This document shows positions 32,932 to 43,610 of a stretch of 64,000 nucleotides of DNA, one piece after another; the first letter of the stretch is position 1; each line of letters begins with the position of its first letter. Location of the stretch: positions 37,073 to 101,072 of the IMG/VR virus record IMGVR_UViG_3300031994_002305; one strand, written 5' to 3'. This DNA is from a virus. Lineage: Duplodnaviria; Heunggongvirae; Uroviricota; Caudoviricetes. Position numbers and translations under genes: made by a program. Below the pieces are notes generated by a model, which saw only the letters and a program-made list of their open reading frames with translations, was not told the origin of the DNA and did no database searches.

Positions 32932-34035
32932 ATGATAGATTTTACAAATTTAATGAACGCATTAGCAAAACATACTGATGCAAATAAAGATTCAGTTAAA
33001 ACTTATGATTTAACAACAAAAGAAGGTTTAGAAGGTTTTAATAAACAATTAGATGAATTAGATGAAGCAGATTTAAGCTTACTTAATTTATTTGGAATTA
33101 ATTCAAAAGAATGGATTAATGGAATGCGTGAATTAGGTAAGAAGATTTATGATAATGCAAATAAAGAAGCTGAAGAAGTCGAAGAAAAGAAACAACCTAA
33201 ACAAATTGAACGCAAAGAAGTAGATCACACTGAGCATACAGAATTAAAACGTCCTTCTGAATTATTAACAGTTAATCAAAAATTACAAATGCATAAGTAT
33301 GTTCAGGAATATGTTGATACAATGATTAAACCTTTTAATAATGGGGTATTAACAACTGACCAAATAAATGACGCATATGCAGGATTATTTGAATTTGGTT
33401 GTTGGCTTGTAAAAAGATAATAAATTATGAATGTTAGATCCTAACAAGTTAAAATCTGAAATAATAGATGGTATAAAAACAACTATTATTCCTGCAATTG
33501 AAAGATTAGAATTAATGCGTTTGCCATCAACTAGTGAACAAGGTAATCAAATGGCAAAAGATGCAGCGGAAGCTTTTGATGATATTGTTACAGAACCATT
33601 AGCAGAAATTATTGCTAATGCAATTGATTATTATGTTAAAAATGCAAACATAACTGGAACAATTATAACTAATGGGGGACCTACAACTCAAGTAGCAAAA
33701 ATATCCGCTGCTCCTACACCTATAACTGGTGGTAAAATTCCAAATACATTTGGTATATCATAATGACATTTGAAGATAAAGATAAATTATTTGTTGTTGC
33801 ATATGTATGTATTAAAGATTTAAGTCATACACGTGGAATAACATTAATGGAAAGTATTAAAAGATATTTTTCAGAAAACTTAGATAGTTCTGTTAAGTTT
33901 TTTGTTTATCCTGTTTTGATACCTGAAATGCAAAAGGTAGAAATATTAAATCCAAAATTTGTTAATAATGAGATGATTCAAAAAGTAATGGATACTTATG
34001 AAAGTTTTCAGAAAATTATGGAAGAAAATAAATAA
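32932..34035 (+). other. Three hypothetical CDSs (32932, 33431, 33763)
   Basis: ORF track. Confidence 0.7.
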
Positions 34036-34177
34036 ATTTGGTTATTATTATATATAGGTTTGAATAACTAAATTTGAAAGATCTATTTTAACAATAATTA
34101 ACGGAATTTGAAATATATGGTAAGATTTAATTACTTACCAATTTGAAATAAATTTTAAAAATATTTGTAAAGTAATT

Positions 34178-35314
34178 ATGAACGAAAATGAAATTTTAGG
34201 TTTTGATCCAACACAACTTGACGTATTAAATCCAAATGAAGAACCAAAATCTGCAGGTAATCCATTAATTTATAAGACACGCCCTGCAGCTTCTAAATCA
34301 GAAGACGGTCGTTACCGTTGCACAATTAAAGTCGTATATAATCCATTCAATCTTCGTCAATCTGTTCTTGAACAACAATCTTATGGTCTTCAAGATAAGG
34401 AAGGCTGGTTTACAGTTATTAGTTCTTTAACAAATCAAGATACTTCTTGTCCTATTTTCAAGGCTTGGAAAAAGTGTCACTTCGCAGATCCTAAGAAAGA
34501 TGAACAAAGTAAGAAGCTTTGGTTACAGGCAGCAAAGGAAGAAGATGGTGGTTATGAATTGTTTGATAAGAGATATGCAAGATATGTAATTGTACAGGTT
34601 CTTGAAGATAGCAATCAACCTGAGGCTGTAGGTAAGTTCTTATTCTGGAAAATGCCTAAGACTGTTTGGACAATGATTGAATCAAAGATTGCTCCTTCAG
34701 CTGAATCAAAGAAAGCAAAGATTCCTGTAATGGATTTCTTATTTGGCCGTTCAATTGATCTTGAAGTTGTTCCAGGCGCAGGTGAACCAGGAAGTGAAAC
34801 TTATAATCGTGATACAAAGTATATTGCTGAACTTTCAGAAGATGTTGTAAGTTGTACAAATCCTGATGGCTCTCCATTACTTAATGATAATGAACAAGCT
34901 ATTCTTGATAAGTATGTAGCAGGCATTAAGAATGTTTGGAAGGAAAAGGATCCTGATAAGCGTGCACAAATTGAAGCTGAAGTAAATGCAGATCCTAATA
35001 CTGCTGAACTTCGTAAGTTATATGGAAAGGTACTTGAGCAAATCAAGGGATTCTGTCCTAACCTTATTGAAGAACTTGGTTATAAGCCTTGGTCTGAAGC
35101 AGTTACAAAACGTGTAGAAAATTGGATAACTGTTGTTCTTAGTTGTAATGATCCTGCAACTGTAGATGTTAATGATTTGGAAATTATGAAGAATGGTGGT
35201 ACACCAACTCCAAAGACAACTGAAACATCAACTGAAACTACAACAACTGCAACAGCTGCAACAGCTGCACCATTTGCTGCTCCAGCTAATGATACAGATG
35301 ATCTTCCATTCTAA
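34178..35314 (+). CDS. Single-stranded DNA-binding protein (T4 gp32-like)
   Basis: CPI, RY...VQVLED..QPE.VGKFLFWK, low-complexity linker and acidic C-terminal DDLPF. Confidence 0.75.
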   Translation: MNENEILGFDPTQLDVLNPNEEPKSAGNPLIYKTRPAASKSEDGRYRCTIKVVYNPFNLRQSVLEQQSYGLQDKEGWFTVISSLTNQDTSCPIFKAWKKCHFADPKKDEQSKKLWLQAAKEEDGGYELFDKRYARYVIVQVLEDSNQPEAVGKFLFWKMPKTVWTMIESKIAPSAESKKAKIPVMDFLFGRSIDLEVVPGAGEPGSETYNRDTKYIAELSEDVVSCTNPDGSPLLNDNEQAILDKYVAGIKNVWKEKDPDKRAQIEAEVNADPNTAELRKLYGKVLEQIKGFCPNLIEELGYKPWSEAVTKRVENWITVVLSCNDPATVDVNDLEIMKNGGTPTPKTTETSTETTTTATAATAAPFAAPANDTDDLPF

Positions 35315-35349
35315 AGAATAGAATAATAGGTTATAATATAAGTATATTT

Positions 35350-35386
35350 AAAATACAGAACTAAGAAATTGGTTCTGTATTTTTTT
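35350..35386 (+). terminator. Intrinsic terminator
   Basis: AAAATACAGAACTAA-GAAA-TTGGTTCTGTATTTT followed by a T run. Confidence 0.8.
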
Positions 35387-35438
35387 GTTTTATAAATATT
35401 GTTAATTCTATATTTATAATATATATGAATTTAAAAGA

Positions 35439-35846
35439 ATGCAAGAAACGGCAAATTATATTATAACAAGTGAACATATAGCTGATGTATATCAAAATTT
35501 AGTTAAAGAAGCCGAATTAGAATCACAAGAAAAAGCAATAGAAAAATATTTAAAAACACATAAAGAATATATGAATAAAAATATTAATACTGGAATGATC
35601 ATGGATGCTATTAATAATACAGCAGATATGGGAGAAAAAAATGAAGCTATGCAAGCTGCAATAGATAATGATCAAATGAAAAAATTACAAGTATTGGCAC
35701 AACGTTATAAAGATGCCCATACACAAAAAGTAAGAGAATATCCTCGTGTTGGTCGTAATGATCTTTGTCCTTGTGGGAGTGGAAAGAAATATAAAAATTG
35801 TTGTTTAGCTTCAGGTAAATTTGAAAATAAAATTATGAAAAAATAA
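35439..35846 (+). CDS. SEC-C metal-binding motif protein
   Basis: [20 protein letters not shown]. Confidence 0.85.
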   Translation: MQETANYIITSEHIADVYQNLVKEAELESQEKAIEKYLKTHKEYMNKNINTGMIMDAINNTADMGEKNEAMQAAIDNDQMKKLQVLAQRYKDAHTQKVREYPRVGRNDLCPCGSGKKYKNCCLASGKFENKIMKK

Positions 35847-35848
35847 CT

Positions 35849-36163
35849 ATGAGATATACATTTGAAGTAACAACACATGAAACTGAAAATATAATTAAAT
35901 TAGAAGTTAATACAACGGGTGGTTATAATAGTAATGCATCTCGTACTATTAAACAAGAAGCAGGTGGTGATGATTATAATTGTACATTAGATGAATTACT
36001 TTCTGAAATTATTGATAATATGCGTTTAACTGTTAAAGAACGTGAAGACGCATTATATAATGCAAATGTGTTTAAAGATTATTTAACAAATTATACAATT
36101 AAAAAGTCAGTACCACAAATGATTATTGAAAATGAAGATCCTGCTGTAGTAAATATATTATAG
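35849..36163 (+). CDS. Hypothetical protein
   Basis: 104-aa ORF. Confidence 0.65.
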   Translation: MRYTFEVTTHETENIIKLEVNTTGGYNSNASRTIKQEAGGDDYNCTLDELLSEIIDNMRLTVKEREDALYNANVFKDYLTNYTIKKSVPQMIIENEDPAVVNIL

Positions 36164-36169
36164 TAATTA

Positions 36170-37375
36170 ATGAATAGTAATATTGATTTTTTAATTGTAG
36201 GAGCTGGATTTTATGGAGTTACTATAGCACGATTATTGACTGATGCAGGATATAAATGTTTAATTATTGACAAACGTTCACATATAGGTGGTAATTGTTA
36301 TTCTATACCAGGTGATAAAGGATTATATGATATTCATGTTTATGGCCCTCATATATTTCATACATCTGATTATAAAGTTGCTCAATTTATAACAAATTAT
36401 ACAAAGTTTAATAATTATTGTCAAAATACAATTGCATTAAATAATAATAAAATGTATTCTCTTCCATTTAATATGAATACATTTAATACATTATTTAATA
36501 TAAATAAACCAGAAGAAGCATATCAGCAAATTGAATTTGAACGTAAGGATGCTGAAAATATTTATAAAGATAGAAATGATTTAGAGGCAGTTGCTAATAA
36601 ATTAGTTGGCATAACAATTTATAATGCATTAATTAAAGATTATACAGAAAAACAATGGCATAAAAAATGTTCTGAATTACCTGGTGATATTATTAAAAGA
36701 TTACCATTAAGATTTAGTTTTGATAATAATTATTTTAATGATTATTTCTGGGGAATTCCAAACGAAGGATATGCAAAATTATTTGAAAATATCATAAATG
36801 GTAATTCATATGATCAATCTATTCATTTACCTATAATGTATATATTGAATGTTGATTATTTACAAAATATTGATTTTTGGAATAATGTAGCAAAAAAAGT
36901 TATATATTGCGGTGCTGTTGATGAATTATTAAATTATCAATTAGGAGAATTAGAATGGCGTTCATTAAGATTTGAAAATAAAGAATACGAATATAATGGA
37001 TATAATGGACAAGGTACTTCCGTAATTAATTATACTGGTTCTGATAATAATGCCACACGCTCAATAGAACATATGTATTTTACTAAAGAACGTTGGAAGA
37101 ATAAAACTAATTTTAAATCAATTATAACATACGAATATCCTGATGATTATGTAAAAGGTAAAGAAAGATATTATCCTATTAATAATGAAATTAATAACAA
37201 TCTATATAATAAATATCTAGATTTATTATCGAAAGAAATGCCGAATGTTTTATTAGGAGGACGTTTAGGCAAATATAAATATTTTGATATGGATGATACA
37301 ATAATAGAAGCAATTAATGATGCTGAAAAAATAAAACAAACAATGAAACAATGCGTACTATTGAAGAACAATTAA
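36170..37375 (+). CDS. glf: UDP-galactopyranose mutase family flavoenzyme
   Basis: IVGAGFYG, HIGGNCY, HVYGPHIFHT, YTEKQW, RLPLR, YYP, GRLGKYKYFDMD. Confidence 0.92.
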   Translation: MNSNIDFLIVGAGFYGVTIARLLTDAGYKCLIIDKRSHIGGNCYSIPGDKGLYDIHVYGPHIFHTSDYKVAQFITNYTKFNNYCQNTIALNNNKMYSLPFNMNTFNTLFNINKPEEAYQQIEFERKDAENIYKDRNDLEAVANKLVGITIYNALIKDYTEKQWHKKCSELPGDIIKRLPLRFSFDNNYFNDYFWGIPNEGYAKLFENIINGNSYDQSIHLPIMYILNVDYLQNIDFWNNVAKKVIYCGAVDELLNYQLGELEWRSLRFENKEYEYNGYNGQGTSVINYTGSDNNATRSIEHMYFTKERWKNKTNFKSIITYEYPDDYVKGKERYYPINNEINNNLYNKYLDLLSKEMPNVLLGGRLGKYKYFDMDDTIIEAINDAEKIKQTMKQCVLLKNN

Positions 37376-37608
37376 AAGAATTACCTGAAGAATTTATTGT
37401 TGAAATGGAACAACAAAAAAATGATAGATGGGTAGATGTTTATGATTTTATTAAAAAGTATTTTAATTGTGAAGATATAATTAGAGAAACTGAAGAAGAA
37501 GGTTTCCCATTAGAAGATTTTTTTAAACGTATTCATGATTTTGGTTTTTACGGAGGAGTTAATTTTGCATTAGATCCACAAGAACAATATATAATTAAAT
37601 CGAAATAA
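37351..37608 (+). CDS. Hypothetical protein
   Basis: 85-aa ORF. Confidence 0.6.
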   Translation: MRTIEEQLKELPEEFIVEMEQQKNDRWVDVYDFIKKYFNCEDIIRETEEEGFPLEDFFKRIHDFGFYGGVNFALDPQEQYIIKSK

Positions 37609-37612
37609 TATT

Positions 37613-38668
37613 ATGAAAGAACAAAAAGAATATTTAATAATTTATCATAAAGAAGATAATGATGGTGTTTTTTCTGCAGCTATTTTTTATGATTATATTA
37701 CGAGAGTATTAAGAAACAAACTTGAAGATTTATGTTTTATTGGTGCTGACTATAATGATTTAGCTAAATTTGCTAACGATAATCCAGTTGATAAACTTCA
37801 TAAAGATTTTAAACATATTATTATGACTGATATATCATTTAATGATGTAAAATATATGAAGCAACTTTGGAAAGAATTTGGTCACGATTTTACATGGTGT
37901 GATCATCATGCTCCTATAATTAGGGCTTCATTTGAAAATCATTTTGATGATGTTCCTGGTGTTCGTGATACAGGACGTTCTGCAATACTTTGTGTTTATA
38001 AACATTTATATGATCAATTTGATGAAGCTTATAATGAAAAGAAAGTTCCTGAGTTATTAAGAATATTGTCTGCTTGGGATTCTTGGACATATGAAAAAGA
38101 AGGATATGATTTTGAATATGTAAGAAGAATTAATAAAGCAGTAACATATGAATATAATCTTGAATTAGGTAAAACAAAAAATTTAGTTTCTGATTTAATT
38201 CAGACATATCAAACAGGAAAACCATTTGGACAATTTAGTGGTTTAGTTAAAGATGATGTTTTAATTAAAAATTTTTTAAATATTGGAAATATTATTGCTA
38301 ATGTTGAAGATCAAAATATGGAAAACATTGTAAAGAATGATGGTGATTGTTCTTGGAATATTGTTTTACATGATGAAGATAAAAGACGTCCTTTATTTAG
38401 AGAAACATGTGCTATATTTATGCAAGGTGCAACAAGTTCAACAATGTTTAAGTCTTTAAAGAAAACTATAGTAAAAAATGGATTAGTATTTAAACATAAA
38501 GCAGATGGAAATTGGACATTATCTTTATATAATGTTAATGATGATGATTGGTTTAACTGCGGAGATTTTCTTAAAGAAAGATATAAAGGTGGTGGTCATA
38601 AAGGTGCAGCTGGATGTACTTTAACACAAGAACAATTCATAAAAATATTGAAAACAAAACAACTATAA
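37613..38668 (+). CDS. DHH/DHHA1 phosphoesterase
   Basis: YH..DNDG, TDIS, CDHH, GGGHKGAAG. Confidence 0.9.
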   Translation: MKEQKEYLIIYHKEDNDGVFSAAIFYDYITRVLRNKLEDLCFIGADYNDLAKFANDNPVDKLHKDFKHIIMTDISFNDVKYMKQLWKEFGHDFTWCDHHAPIIRASFENHFDDVPGVRDTGRSAILCVYKHLYDQFDEAYNEKKVPELLRILSAWDSWTYEKEGYDFEYVRRINKAVTYEYNLELGKTKNLVSDLIQTYQTGKPFGQFSGLVKDDVLIKNFLNIGNIIANVEDQNMENIVKNDGDCSWNIVLHDEDKRRPLFRETCAIFMQGATSSTMFKSLKKTIVKNGLVFKHKADGNWTLSLYNVNDDDWFNCGDFLKERYKGGGHKGAAGCTLTQEQFIKILKTKQL

Positions 38669-38808
38669 AATTAAAAAAATTGTGTTGTTTTATATATAAT
38701 ATTTGTATAATAATGAACTTGATATTGGTATCTAAGTTATTATTAAATATATCATTTAATATTTAATTTGGCTGCCTAAGGCAAATTATTAGAGGCGAAT
38801 ATAATGAG

Positions 38809-38846
38809 ACTTGGGTATGATTTTCATATTATACTCAAGTATTTTT
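38809..38846 (+). terminator. Intrinsic terminator-like hairpin upstream of nrdD
   Basis: ACTTGGGTATGAT/ATTATACTCAAGT 13-bp stem followed by ATTTTT. Confidence 0.6.
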
Positions 38847-38938
38847 GTCTTATTTTAAATGTAAATTATTGTTAAATTTGTCTATATTTTATTAATTAGA
38901 CAAAAGGTTGGTTTAAAAATATATTTGTATGAATTTAA

Positions 38939-41509
38939 ATGACAATTATCAAAAGAGATGGAACTCCTCAAGATTATAACTTTATAAAAATTGCTGATGC
39001 GGTAAGTAAAGCATTTAATTCAGTAAATCAAAGTGTACCTGAGAAGTTTTTAGAACAAGTTAAAGAATCAGTAGAAAAATTGATTATTAAGAATAATGGT
39101 AATGGTACTCCAATTGAAGAGATTCAAGACTGCATACAAAATGAGTTAATTAAACGTAATAAGTATGAGGTTGTTGAGTCTTTTATTAACTATCGTAGAG
39201 AACGTGACAGAATAAGAGAAGAAAATTCAGATCTTATTAAACAGATACAAGATAAATTATTTGCAAAAAATGTACAGAATCAAAATGCAAATTTAGATGA
39301 AGAATCTTATGGTGGAAAAGTTGGTGAAGCGGCTAGTGTCGTATGTAAGGACCAAGCATTAAAAATGATGAATAAAACATCACGTCGTAATCATGAGAAA
39401 AACATGAACTATATTCATGACTTAGATGCATGGGCTGATGGCCGTCATAATTGTCTAACATATCCATTTGATAAATCAGCTAAAGAAGGAGTTAAAACGC
39501 GTCAAACAGATATTCGTCCTGCAGGTTCATCTAACACGGCAATGCAATTACTTGCTGTATTTTTCCAATTACAATCATTACAGCAATTTGGAGGTGTATC
39601 TGCATCACATCTCGATTGGTCAATGGTTCCTTATGTACGTAAATCGTATAGAAAACATTATATTAGTGATTGGATTAAAAAACAACAAGAGTTTAAAGAT
39701 TTAGATATTCTTGGAATAGATTATGAATCATTTAAACATTGGGTTGAAAATATGGTTACTAATTTCTGTTTAAAAACTAAATTAGAAAAAGATGATTTTA
39801 AATTTGCTAATAAAAATTTAAACCCAGAACTTAGACAAGAAGCTTTATATGATACAAAAAATGAAGTATATCAAGCTGTAGAAGGTATGTATCATAATCT
39901 AAATACACTTCAATCAAGAAGTGGTAATCAATTACCATTTAGTTCAATTAATTATGGAACATGTACAGAATTAGAAGGTCGTATGGTTACTAAAGCTTTA
40001 TTGGAAGTATCTATGGAAGGTCTTGGTAGTAAAGGTGTTACATCAATATTCCCATGTGGAATATTCCAATATAAGAAAGGCATTAATGATAAGCCAGGTA
40101 CTCCTAATTATGATTTAAAACGTCTTGCTTTAAAATCTACATCAATGCGTATATATCCTAATTATGCAAACTGTGATTGGACAAATCAAGTTAATTGGTT
40201 TAAGGCAGATCGTAAAATGAAACAAGAATATATTGATTCACTCCACCCATATAATTATAATAAACTTATGGAACAGTTGGAACGTAATTATGACATATTA
40301 AATGATAAACTTGGATTAGAATTATATGATAATTATATTAAAGTAAGTGATATCGAAAGACCTATTGAATATTTTTCAACAATGGGATGTCGTACAGTTA
40401 ATGGTCTTGATATTAATGCCATAGATAATTTTAAAGCTAATATACAATATGCTATCAATGGTGAATTTGAAAAAATTGATGATGTATTTTCCGGTGTAAT
40501 CAAAGATGGTCGCGGTAATATTTGTCCTACAACAGTTATTATGCCAACATTAGCTTTACTTGCTAAACAAAAGGTTGAAAAGAAAGCAAATAAAGAAAAT
40601 CGTAAATATGACACAATTGAAGTTTGGAATGAATTTATTAAATTATTAGATAAGAAAATTGATGAAGCTAAAGATACATTATTAGAAAGATTTAATCATA
40701 TTTGTTCGCAATCTCCTAATGCCGGTAAATTTATGTATGAAAATCATACAATGGCAGGTTATCATGAAGAAGAAGGAATTATATCTGCATTAAAACATGG
40801 TACATTAGTAATAGGTCAATTAGGTCTTGCTGAAACATTACAAATTATATTCCATTTTGATCATACTTCTAAAGAAGGAATGAATTATGCAAAACAGATT
40901 GAACAATTATATTTAGATAAGACTACACAATTTAAGAAAGATTATCATTTAAATTTTGGTGTCTACTATACTCCTGCAGAGAATCTTTGCTATACTGCTA
41001 TGAAGAATTTCAAGCGTCTTAACCCAGGATTTGAACAAGAGAATGTAACATATATAATTGATAAGAACGGTAATAAAAAGGAAAAACTTTATTTTACAAA
41101 TTCAATGCACGTTCCTGTTTGGTATGATTGCGACGTATTTGAAAAAATTGATATTGAAAGTGAATTAACAGGATATTCAAATGCAGGATGTATTACATAT
41201 GTTGAATTACCAAGTAAATGTGTAGATAATATTGATGCAATTGAAAAAATAGTTGACTATGCAATGGATCATGATATCCCTTATTTTGCTATTAATATTC
41301 CTTTGAATAGATGCGCGAAATGTGGTGAGGCAATTCATGATGAAACATTAACAGAGTGTCCAAAATGTGGTCATGATAAGATAATTAAATTAGGTCGTAT
41401 TACTGGTTATCTTTCAACAACTATTGAACATTTTAATAAAGGAAAACAGGATGAATTTGGAGATAGAATAGATCATATTGGTCAATCATTATATAAATCA
41501 GATTGTTAA
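38939..41509 (+). CDS. nrdD: Anaerobic (class III) ribonucleoside-triphosphate reductase with ATP cone
   Basis: IIKRDG ATP cone, IHDLD, QFGGVS, MGCRT, TPAENLC, C-terminal CxxC/CxxC and RITGYL glycyl-radical motif. Confidence 0.96.
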   Translation: MTIIKRDGTPQDYNFIKIADAVSKAFNSVNQSVPEKFLEQVKESVEKLIIKNNGNGTPIEEIQDCIQNELIKRNKYEVVESFINYRRERDRIREENSDLIKQIQDKLFAKNVQNQNANLDEESYGGKVGEAASVVCKDQALKMMNKTSRRNHEKNMNYIHDLDAWADGRHNCLTYPFDKSAKEGVKTRQTDIRPAGSSNTAMQLLAVFFQLQSLQQFGGVSASHLDWSMVPYVRKSYRKHYISDWIKKQQEFKDLDILGIDYESFKHWVENMVTNFCLKTKLEKDDFKFANKNLNPELRQEALYDTKNEVYQAVEGMYHNLNTLQSRSGNQLPFSSINYGTCTELEGRMVTKALLEVSMEGLGSKGVTSIFPCGIFQYKKGINDKPGTPNYDLKRLALKSTSMRIYPNYANCDWTNQVNWFKADRKMKQEYIDSLHPYNYNKLMEQLERNYDILNDKLGLELYDNYIKVSDIERPIEYFSTMGCRTVNGLDINAIDNFKANIQYAINGEFEKIDDVFSGVIKDGRGNICPTTVIMPTLALLAKQKVEKKANKENRKYDTIEVWNEFIKLLDKKIDEAKDTLLERFNHICSQSPNAGKFMYENHTMAGYHEEEGIISALKHGTLVIGQLGLAETLQIIFHFDHTSKEGMNYAKQIEQLYLDKTTQFKKDYHLNFGVYYTPAENLCYTAMKNFKRLNPGFEQENVTYIIDKNGNKKEKLYFTNSMHVPVWYDCDVFEKIDIESELTGYSNAGCITYVELPSKCVDNIDAIEKIVDYAMDHDIPYFAINIPLNRCAKCGEAIHDETLTECPKCGHDKIIKLGRITGYLSTTIEHFNKGKQDEFGDRIDHIGQSLYKSDC

Positions 41510-41526
41510 ATAAATTGAAAATAAAT

Positions 41527-42015
41527 ATGTTAAGAATTTTAGATATAACTGCTCCAGATATTAATAATGGAAATGGCATAAGAGTTACTTTATGGGTTTC
41601 TGGATGTAAACATTATTGCAAAGGATGTCATAACCAATGGACATGGAATTTTAATCAAGGAAAAAAGTTTATAGAAGAACAAGATGAAATATTGAATACT
41701 TTATCAAATTGGCTACAAAGAGATTATGTGGAAGGATTAACATTATCTGGTGGCGATCCATTATGTCAAGATAAAGAAGGATTATTAGAATTAAAACAAT
41801 TAATTAAATGGGTACGACTTAATTATCCAACAAAAAATATTTGGATGTATACTGGATATGTTTATGAAGAATTAAATGATTTACAAAAAGAAATTGCTGA
41901 TTCTATAGATACATTAGTAGATGGTCCATTTAAAGAAGAATTAAAAGATTTTAGTTGTCCGTTTAGAGGTAGTTCAAATCAACGAATTATAAATATCAAA
42001 AAAGGTACTTCTTAA
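41527..42015 (+). CDS. nrdG: Class III RNR activase (radical SAM)
   Basis: NGNGIRVTLWVSGCKHYCKGCHN, GLTLSGGDPL, FRGSSNQR; start ATG at 41527. Confidence 0.95.
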   Translation: MLRILDITAPDINNGNGIRVTLWVSGCKHYCKGCHNQWTWNFNQGKKFIEEQDEILNTLSNWLQRDYVEGLTLSGGDPLCQDKEGLLELKQLIKWVRLNYPTKNIWMYTGYVYEELNDLQKEIADSIDTLVDGPFKEELKDFSCPFRGSSNQRIINIKKGTS

Positions 42016-42030
42016 TTGAAGTACCTTTTA
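42000..42030. terminator. Bidirectional intrinsic terminator
   Basis: AAAAGGTACTTC-TTAATT-GAAGTACCTTTT between convergent genes. Confidence 0.8.
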
Positions 42031-42055
42031 TTTTTTAATTTTAATATTCTCAAAA

Positions 42056-43582
42056 TTAAACAACTATCCATTTTAATTGGTTAAGAGCATTTGTTGCATC
42101 TGTTTGGGCATTACCTGCAGCAGTAGCAGCAGCATTAGCATCAGTTATACCTTTTGCTGCTTTAGCATTAATATCATTTAATGCTGTTTGAACAGTTGAA
42201 CCTTGTGTTGTAGTTGCACCATTAGTAATAGAAGTTAAACTAGCTGTTAATGTTGCAGCAGAAGTTGCAGCTACAGTTACATTACCAACACCATTATTAG
42301 AAGCAGTAATACCATTACCCGCAGTAATTTTTGTTACACCCGCATTTTCACCTGCAGTTTTTGCTGCGGTTATTTCTTTTTCTAAATTAGTAATAATTTG
42401 GCCTAAGTTAGCAGCATATTCATTAGCACCACCTGCTCCTGATTTTGTAGCATATTTACCTTTATTGTCTCCTGATGCTACAGCACCACCAGTTATTGTT
42501 TTAACTGTATCAAGGAATGTTACTAATGAACCGTTAGCTGGATCATTAAGTTCTGCTTTAATCTTATTAATAGCATCTGTTATGCTTGCAAAATCAGCAT
42601 CTGATAAAGTTCCAACGGTAGTACTTAAAGTAGTTAAATCAGTTCTTAAAGTTGAAATTAAATTTCTTAATGTTGTAAGAGTTTTTAATTCACCATTTTG
42701 CCAATTTGTTTGAGCTTGGTTAGATGAATCTTTTAATATACGTTCATATGCAGTTTCAATTGCAGTTGCAATAGCTGCAGCTGTTGTTAAATCAGATCCT
42801 TTTGCTCCAGAAAGAGTTTTTGCTGTTGTATCGTCTGCAGATTTAGCAATCTTACCTTCAGCTTCAGATTGGGCATTGGCTGCAGCAGCATGAGCAGCTT
42901 CAATTGCATCACCAATTACTTTTGTATTAGTATAATCAGTTGCTTTCTTTCCTGTATGAGCTCCTACAGTTGTATTAGTACTAATAGCAACTTTATTACC
43001 TAATTCAACATCAATTTTTGTAGAATTTGATGAAGATACTGCGATATCTGCTCCAGTTAAATTTACATTACCAGTTTTTCCATTTACTTGAGAAACACCA
43101 GCTACCATTGCCGTTAAACGAGTAAATAACTCATTAACTGCTTCAGTAACATTAGTTACAGCAACTTGTTTACCTTCAACAGTTTTAGTAACAGATATTG
43201 ATGTACCTGCAGTTCCTTCGCCTGTATAAGATCCGCCGTCTAATTTAGATTTTAAGTCGTTTGCAATCGCTAATAAAGTTTGACTTAATTTAGCTTCTGT
43301 ACCAACCTTTTCTTCAAGATTAGTAACTTTAGCTTTTAAACCTGTATCGGCAGTTTCAATATCAGACCAAAGAGTTGATAAGTCCTCTGCTTGTTTTGGT
43401 GTTACGCCAAAATATGCACCACCAGCAAAAATTTGATTAGTGGCTTCAATAAATATAATATCACCAGACGCTAATTCCTCTGCTGTTAAAGCTGCTGGAG
43501 TTTCACCCGAAGCTCTACCATTCCAACTAGCAGTGGTAATAAATTTAAAGCCTAATTGTGTTGTTCCATCGACTAATGCCAT
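42056..43582 (-). CDS. Ala/Thr-rich fibrous structural protein (tail or head fibre-like)
   Basis: VSQVNGKTGNVNL and GVTKITAGNGIT fibre motifs, coiled-coil segments. Confidence 0.65.
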   Translation of the reverse strand: MALVDGTTQLGFKFITTASWNGRASGETPAALTAEELASGDIIFIEATNQIFAGGAYFGVTPKQAEDLSTLWSDIETADTGLKAKVTNLEEKVGTEAKLSQTLLAIANDLKSKLDGGSYTGEGTAGTSISVTKTVEGKQVAVTNVTEAVNELFTRLTAMVAGVSQVNGKTGNVNLTGADIAVSSSNSTKIDVELGNKVAISTNTTVGAHTGKKATDYTNTKVIGDAIEAAHAAAANAQSEAEGKIAKSADDTTAKTLSGAKGSDLTTAAAIATAIETAYERILKDSSNQAQTNWQNGELKTLTTLRNLISTLRTDLTTLSTTVGTLSDADFASITDAINKIKAELNDPANGSLVTFLDTVKTITGGAVASGDNKGKYATKSGAGGANEYAANLGQIITNLEKEITAAKTAGENAGVTKITAGNGITASNNGVGNVTVAATSAATLTASLTSITNGATTTQGSTVQTALNDINAKAAKGITDANAAATAAGNAQTDATNALNQLKWIVV

Positions 43583-43610
43583 AATTTATAAATACATGTA
43601 TTTTTAATTT

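Noticed and set aside
38669-38938. Cobalamin riboswitch or NrdR boxes upstream of nrdD
   Set aside because: No B12-box and no convincing tandem NrdR consensus seen.
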